Made by a program: the position numbers and the translations under genes. A stretch of DNA of 64,000 nt from Candidatus Kaiserbacteria bacterium. Lineage in GTDB: Bacteria > Patescibacteriota > Minisyncoccia > Phycocordibacterales > UBA918. Where the stretch lies: positions 640,317 to 704,316 of the forward strand of contig CP064968.1 in NCBI GenBank assembly GCA_016699245.1, given 5' to 3'. Shown here one piece after another: positions 32,612 through 41,240 of this stretch (position 1 is the stretch's first letter; the number at the start of each line of letters is the position of its first letter). The notes under the pieces are model-generated. The model did no database searches. It had not been told where the DNA came from and saw only the letters and a program-made list of their open reading frames with translations.

Positions 32612-32713
32612 TCATAGCGGTCTTATACAATTGAATATGATTGATAATTTAATGATATCCTCCATAATGGATGTAGATGTACTTATAACTGTTGTACGCC
32701 CCTATCAAAAGCA

Positions 32714-34081
32714 ATGGAGATTCATCAAATTCTCGAAAAGCAACGAGCATATTTTCAGTCCGGCATAACAAAGGATATTAGTTTTCGTGAACACTCTCTT
32801 CGTGAACTGAGGCGCTCACTCAGACTCCATGAGGATAAAATCATTGACGCTCTCTATCATGATTTAAAAAAATCTGAATTTGAAGTCGTTCAAGGCGAGC
32901 TTTTCCCCGTATTCTCTGAAATTGCATACACATTAAAACATATACGTACATGGTCAAAATCACGTAAAGCGAACCACCCTGCTTTTTTCCCTTTCAGCCG
33001 AGGGACTGTTGACGTAGTACCACACGGCACATCACTTATTTTTTCTCCATACAACCACCCCATTAGTACAAGTTTCACTCCGCTGGTGAGTGCTCTCGCA
33101 GGAGGTAATTGTGTCATTCTAAAACCATCTGAACTCGTCACACACTCCGCACATGTCATAGAGAGTATTATTAAAGAAGTGTTCTCAGATGAATATGTCG
33201 CTGTGGTACAAGGGCCTGCAGAAATCTCTCAAGGTTTACTCACGCTCGACGTCAATCATATTTTTTTTACGGGGAGTAGTGCAGTTGGTAAATCAATTAT
33301 GCGTACCGCAGCAGATAAGCTTATTCCGGTCACTCTCCAGCTTGGTGGCAAATGCCCAGGCATCATAGATAAAAATGTCCCCATAGAGACTACTGCACGT
33401 CGCATTGCATGGGGGAAATATTGGAATGCAGGTCAGTCATGCAACACCGTTGACCACCTGTACGTTCACGCATCAATAAAGAAACGTTTTATTCAAGCGC
33501 TCATAACATCTATTGAGGAATTCTATACAACAGATCCACAGCAAAGTCCTGATTACGGCAGAATTGTGAATGAACGTCATGTTGATAGGATTTCTCGGTA
33601 TCTGAGTGAAGGAACTGTCGTCTATGGCGGAGTGGTTGACCGTAGAGACCACTACATCGCCCCTACTATTATGGATACCATACATACGGACGCCACTGTG
33701 CTCCGTGAAGAAATTTTTGGACCTGTTCTTCCTATTTTTGAATTTGAAGATATTGCTGATGTAGTGAAATCTATCAATAGCAAACCAAAGGTCTTGGCAG
33801 TATACATATTTTCAAATTGTAAAGAGACAACTCGCTCTGTGATGCGAAATACCGATTCGGGAACCGCCTGTATCAATGACCTCATGATACAATCAACTTC
33901 CTCTGATATGCCGATAGGCGGTGTTGGAGAAAGTGGTTTTGGACGACTTCATGGTAAAAATTGTTTTGATGCATTTACCCACACACGAAGTGTTCTCAAA
34001 AATGTCGCATTCGACACCCCCCTTAGATTCCCACCATACAATACGAAAATGCTCCTACCCTTCTTGAAAAAATTGTTATAA
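32714..34081 (+). CDS. Class-3 aldehyde dehydrogenase family protein (catalytic Glu replaced by Gln)
   Basis: 455 aa. Aligns motif-by-motif with ALDH3: VTLQLGGKCP versus VTLELGGKSP, and catalytic Cys in NAGQSCNTVD. Confidence 0.8.
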   Translation: MEIHQILEKQRAYFQSGITKDISFREHSLRELRRSLRLHEDKIIDALYHDLKKSEFEVVQGELFPVFSEIAYTLKHIRTWSKSRKANHPAFFPFSRGTVDVVPHGTSLIFSPYNHPISTSFTPLVSALAGGNCVILKPSELVTHSAHVIESIIKEVFSDEYVAVVQGPAEISQGLLTLDVNHIFFTGSSAVGKSIMRTAADKLIPVTLQLGGKCPGIIDKNVPIETTARRIAWGKYWNAGQSCNTVDHLYVHASIKKRFIQALITSIEEFYTTDPQQSPDYGRIVNERHVDRISRYLSEGTVVYGGVVDRRDHYIAPTIMDTIHTDATVLREEIFGPVLPIFEFEDIADVVKSINSKPKVLAVYIFSNCKETTRSVMRNTDSGTACINDLMIQSTSSDMPIGGVGESGFGRLHGKNCFDAFTHTRSVLKNVAFDTPLRFPPYNTKMLLPFLKKLL

Positions 34082-34093
34082 AAATTCCTGAGT

Positions 34094-35251
34094 ATGACAC
34101 ATACCCTCAAAGAAAAAACTACATCTGCAACAATGCGCGAAAGTGCTCTTTTTGAATTTTATGCATCTCATGTATGGCCTATACATCGGTTATTTGCAAA
34201 AAAATATCTAACCCCGCGGTGTACAAAGTGTGCACTTTCTGCACGTGCAATCACTCTCAATGATGCCGGTGTCTGTTCTTTGTGTACGACGAATACTGAT
34301 GATACGTATGTCATAAAACCAGAAAGGCAAGCAGAACTTGAAGAGGAGCTTCATACTATCTTTTCGCGCTATGCAGGCGCCGGTACGGGCGAGTATGATG
34401 CACTTATCATGATAAGTGGTGGGAAGGATAGTACACTCCTCATACACAAACTCCGTACCGAGTACCCATCCCTCCGTGTTCTCACTATCACCATCGATAA
34501 CAGTTTCATGAGTGCCATTGCTCTTCGAAATGTTGATAAAATCGTTGAGGCTTTTAATACTCCTCACATTCGTTTACGCCCTAATCCAGATATATATAGA
34601 ACTGCATTCAAATATGCATTTACCCATCTTGGTACATTTGGGTGTGCGCAGACCGTTGATACTGTAGATGGTGAACTTTTCCTCGATTTTGGAAAACATA
34701 TTGCAGCGACATTTAAGATTCCGCTTCTTGTTACTGGTTTTTCATTTGAACAAGTTACACGATATCTTCATTGGAATTCATTTCATAATACGACATACGA
34801 CACGACCAAGCGAATGCAAGTTGGTATCTACACACCAGAAGAACTTCTCCCTCCCTCTCATGTTGCTACATGGTGGGATCCATCTCGATATGCATCTGAG
34901 CATATCCCACAAATCATATGTCCATTTTATGTCTGGAGAATGAACGAAGTAGTGGTGGAGAAAGAGGTCGCGGCACTCGGACTTCTGGACACAAAGGAGA
35001 CGAGTCCTCTTGTCACAAACAACCAACTCATTCCTCTTTGTGGTCTCGTTGACATTGCGCATCTTGGCTACTCAAGTTGGGAGCCAGAATTTTCACGTAT
35101 GGTTCGAGAGGGTAAAACTGATAAAAAGAAGTGGCAAAATATTTTTGAACTTATGGAGTACTCTGCAAAAACAGGAAAATTTATTTCTTCGTCTGTCGAT
35201 GTTGTGCTTGAGAAGTTGGGACTGACCCGTGCTGATGTTGGTATTCGATAA
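34094..35251 (+). CDS. PP-loop ATP pyrophosphatase with N-terminal Cys4 zinc ribbon (TtuA/Ncs6-like)
   Basis: 385 aa. CTKC...CSLC followed by the PP-loop SGGKDS. Confidence 0.6.
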   Translation: MTHTLKEKTTSATMRESALFEFYASHVWPIHRLFAKKYLTPRCTKCALSARAITLNDAGVCSLCTTNTDDTYVIKPERQAELEEELHTIFSRYAGAGTGEYDALIMISGGKDSTLLIHKLRTEYPSLRVLTITIDNSFMSAIALRNVDKIVEAFNTPHIRLRPNPDIYRTAFKYAFTHLGTFGCAQTVDTVDGELFLDFGKHIAATFKIPLLVTGFSFEQVTRYLHWNSFHNTTYDTTKRMQVGIYTPEELLPPSHVATWWDPSRYASEHIPQIICPFYVWRMNEVVVEKEVAALGLLDTKETSPLVTNNQLIPLCGLVDIAHLGYSSWEPEFSRMVREGKTDKKKWQNIFELMEYSAKTGKFISSSVDVVLEKLGLTRADVGIR

Positions 35252-35263
35252 TCATCTTTCTGT

Positions 35264-36418
35264 ATGCACACTATTTTTATTACAGGAGCAACAGGTAATC
35301 TTGGCTCCAGAACACTTGTTGAATTTCTTCTCAATACTGATGCAAGATGTGTAGTACTCGTATACGCCCCTAACCTGTCAGACGCTGAAGAACAAATACG
35401 AAAGGTGCTCTCTTTCTGGAATGTTGAGTGGGACGTGGTCCACGATAGACTTACGGTACTTTGTGGTGATACTACACAAAAAATGCTTGGCCTAGATTCA
35501 TCTATATTTGACTCACTTTCCCACACCGTGACACACATCATTCATTGTGCGGCATATTTTAAACTTGATATGAGCCTTGAAGACGCACGACGTTCGATTG
35601 TGGAAGCGACAGAAAATGTAGCCATGCTCGGTATTGAAGCAACCAAAAATCAAGTATTTAAACACTTCACATATATTAGTTCTCTCGATGCAGTAGGAAT
35701 GCAGGAAGGTACCATATATGAAACCTTTTTTGATATATCACAGCTACGTTTTTTAAACACATACCAACAAGCAAAGGCTGAGGCTGAGTCGTACCTTCAC
35801 TCACTTTTTCTCACCAAACAGTTCCCTATCACTGTCGTACGCCCAAGTATGCTTGTCGGAGATGCTCAAACAGGAAAAATAATCAATCCACAATCTCTCT
35901 ATCACATTATTCAAGATATGTTTCTTAAGCCGCCCTCGATACTATTACCAGGAAGAAACTTTAGAATAGATCCGATGCCAATAAATTTTCTCGCACACGG
36001 CATGCGACACATGTATGATGCACCTGAAACGTGTGGTCGCGTATACCACTTCGTAGCGGGGAGCAATCATAATATAACCATACCAAAATTCATTGATTTG
36101 CTTCAAACAATTTATTATGAGCAGCTTGGTATACGAATTAAAAAACCTATATTTATAGCTCCACTACTTCCATACATATTCATGACAATACTCTATACCT
36201 TTTTGTGGGGAGAACCAAAAAGAAAAGTTAAGGAACAACGAGATATGATTCGCTATTTCTTCCTTAATGCCAAACCAGACAATGCACAAATGAAAGCTTT
36301 TATGGAATCGAGAGGAGTAGAAATTCCAAATATTACAGAGTACCTTCCAACATTATGTGCATATATAATACAAACACAAAAACTTCCTGTATCGCTCTAC
36401 AAAACCCCAAAAACGTAA
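35264..36418 (+). CDS. Stand-alone thioester reductase / fatty-acyl reductase (extended SDR)
   Basis: 384 aa. ITGATGNLGS matches ITGATGFLG, and catalytic YQQAK (YxxxK) is present. Confidence 0.7.
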   Translation: MHTIFITGATGNLGSRTLVEFLLNTDARCVVLVYAPNLSDAEEQIRKVLSFWNVEWDVVHDRLTVLCGDTTQKMLGLDSSIFDSLSHTVTHIIHCAAYFKLDMSLEDARRSIVEATENVAMLGIEATKNQVFKHFTYISSLDAVGMQEGTIYETFFDISQLRFLNTYQQAKAEAESYLHSLFLTKQFPITVVRPSMLVGDAQTGKIINPQSLYHIIQDMFLKPPSILLPGRNFRIDPMPINFLAHGMRHMYDAPETCGRVYHFVAGSNHNITIPKFIDLLQTIYYEQLGIRIKKPIFIAPLLPYIFMTILYTFLWGEPKRKVKEQRDMIRYFFLNAKPDNAQMKAFMESRGVEIPNITEYLPTLCAYIIQTQKLPVSLYKTPKT

Positions 36419-36562
36419 AGAATAGCAGTGTATTCATACACACTATTGACATAGTGTGTTACACGATATACCCTAGCAACAGTTTCCACGAAAGGGGGTG
36501 ATCCGCCGAAAGGCTATCTATCAGCGCAGAAACGCTGATTATTATTCCACTTTTCTCAACCC

Positions 36563-36593
36563 GGGCCAGCATGCGAGTGCTGGCCCATTTTTA
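36563..36593 (+). terminator. Rho-independent terminator (gggccagca-tgcgag-tgctggccc + ATTTTTA)
   Basis: 9-bp GC-rich stem plus a T-run. Ends the reductase operon and/or a candidate small RNA. Confidence 0.55.
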
Positions 36594-36643
36594 TACATTT
36601 GTCTTCATATCTTGAGTGCGCTATAGTCTTTGATGTCCACTTC

Positions 36644-36716
36644 CCGTGCGTAGCTCAGTTGGTAGAGCGATTGTCTTATACACAGTTGGTCCCAGGTTCG
36701 AGTCCTGGCGCACGGA
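36644..36716 (+). tRNA. tRNA-Ile with anticodon TAT (UAU)
   Basis: 73-nt manual cloverleaf: acceptor CCGTGCG/CGCACGG, D-arm GCTC-AGTTGGTA-GAGC, anticodon stem ATTGT/ACAGT, loop CTTATAC, T-loop TTCGAGT, discriminator A. Confidence 0.7.
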
Positions 36717-36721
36717 CAGAT

Positions 36722-37384
36722 TTATCTTTTATCAAAGTTGTTTTTGATGTATTTCAAACCCTGAAGAACATATTCTGAAATAGTGCTGTCATCAACAATG
36801 ATATTACAAGTTCCATGACCAAATCCTCGATAGGTAATTTTTTTGCTATCCGTTTTTTTTATGTGTGGTTTTTGAAAGTGAGTCTTTTTAAGACCTGTTA
36901 CTGTTTCCCAAAACCGAGTCTCTATCCCGATATCCATATCTGAATATAAATGCAAACGGACTTTAATTTTTTCTTGTGAAACTGAAATACCTCTAAGCCA
37001 CTTCAGGTAAAAAATAATCATTTGAGGATCGGTGTTCGAGAGTGAAATACTATATTCTTTTGTCTTACCCCCTTCACCCCAGTACAGAAATAGGCCTGCA
37101 AGAAAAATTTCGCGTTTACTCATCTTGTTAATCTCCTTCGCGATACGTGCATAAACTTTTGTGAGTCTTTCTTCTCTTTTTCTCTGCATAGTATTTCTGA
37201 ACTTTTCAATGCGTGCAGGAGATTTCGCACGAAGTTCATTTATTCGCTCTCTAGAAAGTGGAAATTCTCGAAGCCAATAACTCAATGTACTTTTACTAAC
37301 CGGTACCTTTGCCCTAATTGCGCTATAACTCAGGCCTTGCATCCTGAGTGTAATTGCCTTCTCTCTTTCTTTATAAAGTGCCAT
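36722..37384 (-). CDS. HTH-domain protein with LAGLIDADG-like segment (possible homing-endonuclease-like or transposase HTH protein)
   Basis: 220 aa. N-terminal HTH (LSYSAIRAKVPVSKSTLSYWL) and LAGLFLYWGEGG resembling LAGLIDADG. Abuts the tRNA 3' end. Confidence 0.3.
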   Translation of the reverse strand: MALYKEREKAITLRMQGLSYSAIRAKVPVSKSTLSYWLREFPLSRERINELRAKSPARIEKFRNTMQRKREERLTKVYARIAKEINKMSKREIFLAGLFLYWGEGGKTKEYSISLSNTDPQMIIFYLKWLRGISVSQEKIKVRLHLYSDMDIGIETRFWETVTGLKKTHFQKPHIKKTDSKKITYRGFGHGTCNIIVDDSTISEYVLQGLKYIKNNFDKR

Positions 37385-37584
37385 ACTATTAAATAGTTCT
37401 ACTTATAACTGTTTTTCATTGGTTCTATTATATCACATACTAACAACGAACAAATTCTGAAAACTGTTTGCTCATATAACAAGTCATCAAATAAACTCAA
37501 CGACTCTCTCCGTAAGAGATTTTTGAAATACACAATCAGACAATCTGTCCTTATTCCCTTTCGTCTCTCAATGAACACTGAGCG

Positions 37585-39111
37585 GTGCGGTATACTGAGT
37601 GTATGCAAAAAATTCTCTCGTTCTTTCGTGTACATTGGATTCGTATACTTTTGCTCCTGCTCCTCATAACTATGGTGGGGATATATATGTATAGCAAACA
37701 CACTGACATACCGAATTGGGTTACCACGACAGTCGAAACTGGTACTGTCAGCAAAATCATTTCGGTCTCGGGCACCATGAATGCCACCAAAAGTGCAGAC
37801 CTCTCCTTCCCCTCTGGGGGTATTGTTGAAACAATCACCGCGAAAGAAGGGGATGTGGTACTGCAAGATGCAGAACTCGTCACACTCGAGCGCGATGCAC
37901 TTCTTGCTGAATATCAAGATGCATATGGCGCACTCCTCATTGCACAAGCAGACCAAAGAGAACTCGCTTCTGGTATCCGCCCCGAAGAACGAAAGATAAA
38001 TGAAACTAAGGTCGCTATCGCAAAAGAGGAACTCGCACGTGTAACCAAATCTTCAGACGATAAGGTAGCAAATGCATATCGCACACTCCTTTCTTCAGAT
38101 CTCGTCGCTCGACCTATTGACAAAGACAACGATGACACCGCACCCACCATTACGGGTACGTACACGTGTGCCGAAGGTACCTATACCCTTTCTCTATTTC
38201 GCTCGGGAGCGAAATCAGGTTATTCATATCGCCTCAGTGGCCTTGAGAGTGGCACATACACTGCGTATACCGATTCTCCAGGAAATCTTGGCACGTGTGG
38301 CTTTTCAATTCAATTTGCAGATGGAGTGTCGTATCGCAGTGCTGATTGGACCATCACTATTCCGAACACAGAGAGTGCTCCCTACGTCACTAATAGCAAT
38401 GCCTATATTCTTGCACAAACAGAGCGTAACAACGCCGTAGAGAGTGCGGCCCAAAATCTAAAACTTGCAGAACAAAATGCCACTCTCGACACCGCAACAC
38501 CACGTGAAGAAGCTATCGCCCGTGCCCGCGCACGTGTCCTTCAAACAGAGGCGCGTGTCCAAAAAATCCAAGCGGAACTGAAAGACCGCATTCTTTCAGC
38601 ACCATTTGACGGCACCATTACCAACATTGAACCTGTTGTTGGAGAGACTGTTGGTGTAGAGCCGGTCGTCACTATGATTTCACGCGATGTCTTTGAACTC
38701 ACGGCACTCGTCCCTGAAATCGATGTTACGAAGATTACTCCCGGGCAAAAAGCGCACGTCGTCTTTGATGCACGGGTAGGCGAGACGCTCATAGCAACCA
38801 TCACCGTCATCTCCCCTCTTGCCCGCGAAATTGATGGTGTTTCTTATTTTGAAACAAAACTCATGCTTGATACGTCTTCTTCTTGGCTCCAAAGCGGGCT
38901 CAATGCTGACATTGATATCATTATTGAATCGCGTGAAAATGTCACCCGTATTCCTTCACGTTTTCTCGTTACTGAAGGTAAAAATCCCTCGGTGCTCATC
39001 CAAAGTGGTACTGTAACACAATCAATCCCTGTCACGCTTATCTTTGAAGGCAATGATGGGTATGTAGAAGTGAGTGGCATCAACCCTGGCGACACCATCA
39101 TCGCCCCTTAA
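37585..39111 (+). CDS. HlyD/MacA-family periplasmic adaptor subunit (module 1)
   Basis: 508 aa. N-terminal TM, long coiled coil and beta-barrel/lipoyl-like domains. Confidence 0.7.
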   Translation: MRYTECMQKILSFFRVHWIRILLLLLLITMVGIYMYSKHTDIPNWVTTTVETGTVSKIISVSGTMNATKSADLSFPSGGIVETITAKEGDVVLQDAELVTLERDALLAEYQDAYGALLIAQADQRELASGIRPEERKINETKVAIAKEELARVTKSSDDKVANAYRTLLSSDLVARPIDKDNDDTAPTITGTYTCAEGTYTLSLFRSGAKSGYSYRLSGLESGTYTAYTDSPGNLGTCGFSIQFADGVSYRSADWTITIPNTESAPYVTNSNAYILAQTERNNAVESAAQNLKLAEQNATLDTATPREEAIARARARVLQTEARVQKIQAELKDRILSAPFDGTITNIEPVVGETVGVEPVVTMISRDVFELTALVPEIDVTKITPGQKAHVVFDARVGETLIATITVISPLAREIDGVSYFETKLMLDTSSSWLQSGLNADIDIIIESRENVTRIPSRFLVTEGKNPSVLIQSGTVTQSIPVTLIFEGNDGYVEVSGINPGDTIIAP

Positions 39112-39117
39112 TTCACT

Positions 39118-40365
39118 ATGCGCAGTCTTCGTATCGGATTACTTCTCGGCTTCAGGCAAATTCAACGTGCAAGCACGTGGACAACGATGCTCATTATCTT
39201 TGTGATGATGTTTACTTTTCTGAATCTCATTGCGCTTTCGGGAATCTTGGTAGGAATTATTGTGGGTGCCGAACGCGCCGTACGTGAGAGCTCTGTGGGT
39301 GACATTGTGATCACCCCGCTCGTCGGTGAAGCAGCAATCCTCAATACTCCGAATATCATTCGCGAACTCGCTACATATCCAGAATTGGAGTCATACTCAG
39401 CGAGACTCAAAGGAAGTGCACTTCTTGAAGCTAATTTTAAAGAACGTCGTGACTTGAGTAACGAACGCGACACCGCGCAAATTATCCTTACCGGTATAGA
39501 TCCCATTCATGAAGATGCAATGACCCACTTAAGTGACTATGTGGTTGAAGGTGAGTATCTCAATCCCGATGAAGAAGGCTACATACTCGTCGGAGTGTAT
39601 TACATCAAGGAGTACGCTCAAAAATTTGGTGATGTATTTGATAGTGTGTCTAATGTGCATCCTGGGGACACGGTGCGTATTTCTCTGAATGGCGTTTCAA
39701 AAGAAATGAAAGTGAAAGGCCTCATCAATTCAAAAGTAGATGAAATCAGTCTCAACACATACATTCCCGAGCGTGAGTTTAGACGTCTTTTTGGCAAACT
39801 CGACCAAAACGCGGACCAGATTGTGATACGTCTTGATTCACCATCCCAAAATGTGACAGTCAAAAATGCTTTGGTTGCTGGTGGTATTGAACAGTATGCA
39901 AAAATTCAAACGTTTGAAGAAAGTTTGCCGAAGTTCCTCATCGACATGAAAGATACCTTTAATATTCTCGGTGCATTCACAGGCTCGATAGGCATTGTCG
40001 TCGCTTCAATTACCATTTTTATTATTATCTTTATCAACGCGCTTTCGCGACGCAGATACATCGGTATCTTGAAAGGTATTGGTGTTTCAGAACGTGCTAT
40101 TGAGATTGCGTACGTGCTCCAAGCTGCGTTCTATGCGCTTGTAGGCTCCCTGATAGGTGCACTCGTCACGTACGGTTTCCTAGTCCCATACTTTGACAAC
40201 AATCCAATTCAATTCCCTTTCAGCGATGGTGTCCTTGTTGCCGACCCACTGAGTACTTTTTATAAATTCCTGACACTCTTTATTATTACCCTTATCGCTG
40301 GCTTCCTACCTGCATGGCTCATTACCCGCCAAAACACCCTTAATTCAATCCTTGGACGCAAATAG
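39118..40365 (+). CDS. FtsX/MacB-like ABC transporter permease (module 1)
   Basis: 415 aa. N-terminal TM, large periplasmic domain and three C-terminal TM segments. Confidence 0.75.
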   Translation: MRSLRIGLLLGFRQIQRASTWTTMLIIFVMMFTFLNLIALSGILVGIIVGAERAVRESSVGDIVITPLVGEAAILNTPNIIRELATYPELESYSARLKGSALLEANFKERRDLSNERDTAQIILTGIDPIHEDAMTHLSDYVVEGEYLNPDEEGYILVGVYYIKEYAQKFGDVFDSVSNVHPGDTVRISLNGVSKEMKVKGLINSKVDEISLNTYIPEREFRRLFGKLDQNADQIVIRLDSPSQNVTVKNALVAGGIEQYAKIQTFEESLPKFLIDMKDTFNILGAFTGSIGIVVASITIFIIIFINALSRRRYIGILKGIGVSERAIEIAYVLQAAFYALVGSLIGALVTYGFLVPYFDNNPIQFPFSDGVLVADPLSTFYKFLTLFIITLIAGFLPAWLITRQNTLNSILGRK

Positions 40366-41071
40366 TATTATGGCACTCATTACGGCAAAAAATATTCATC
40401 GCTCGTTTGGTACTGGGGACTTGATGACCCACGTGCTCAAAGGCATTACACTCGACGTTCACGAAGGTGACTTCATTGCTATCATGGGAAAATCAGGCGC
40501 AGGTAAATCGACACTCATGTACCAACTCTCTGTCCTCGACCGCCCCACTGAAGGCACGCTCACCATTGATGGTGTCACGGTGAGTGAACTCACCGAACAC
40601 GAGCAAACACTCTTTCGCCTCAATACCCTTGGCTACGTCTTTCAGGACTATGCCCTTGTACCTGATTTAAGCGCAGGAGAGAATATAGTCGTCCCCCTCC
40701 TTATGAAAGACCAGTCGTGGGAAGAAGCAAAAATGCATGCGGAGGAAGCACTTATTGCGGTTGGGCTTTCCGATAAATACAACAACCTTCCTGCACAACT
40801 CTCTGGTGGTGAACAACAGCGTGTAGCGATTGCGCGCACCATTGCCGGTAATCCAAAGATTATTTTTGCCGATGAACCAACGGCCAATCTTGATAGTATC
40901 TCAGGAAATGCCATCATCGACCTCCTTGGCGACCTCAATTGCAAGGGTCAAACGATTGTTATGGTGACGCACGAAGAAGAGTACGTAAAATACTGCAATC
41001 GACTCGTGTACATGGAAGATGGTGTTGTGGTGAAAGAGGAACAAAATAAAAATAGATGCACTATTGCGTAA
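40352..41071 (+). CDS. ABC transporter ATP-binding protein, MacB/LolD-type (module 1)
   Basis: 239 aa. Walker A GKSGAGKST and signature LSGGEQQRVAIAR. Confidence 0.85.
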   Translation: MDANSIMALITAKNIHRSFGTGDLMTHVLKGITLDVHEGDFIAIMGKSGAGKSTLMYQLSVLDRPTEGTLTIDGVTVSELTEHEQTLFRLNTLGYVFQDYALVPDLSAGENIVVPLLMKDQSWEEAKMHAEEALIAVGLSDKYNNLPAQLSGGEQQRVAIARTIAGNPKIIFADEPTANLDSISGNAIIDLLGDLNCKGQTIVMVTHEEEYVKYCNRLVYMEDGVVVKEEQNKNRCTIA

Positions 41072-41240
41072 CATCAACACTCCATATTATAAGTATACAA
41101 AAAAGATGTAATACCATATTTTATACTCCTTTTAAACTATAGATATCCCTTCATCTCGTCAGTTACGTAACCTCGGCATTCTCTGTAGACTCAAAATTAC
41201 TACTCACTCTTTTCATATAATTACATGTATTTTTTACCTG

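Noticed and set aside
37399-37956. 185-aa minus-strand ORF overlapping the start of the first HlyD gene
   Set aside because: Overlaps a strongly supported gene on the opposite strand and has no recognisable features.
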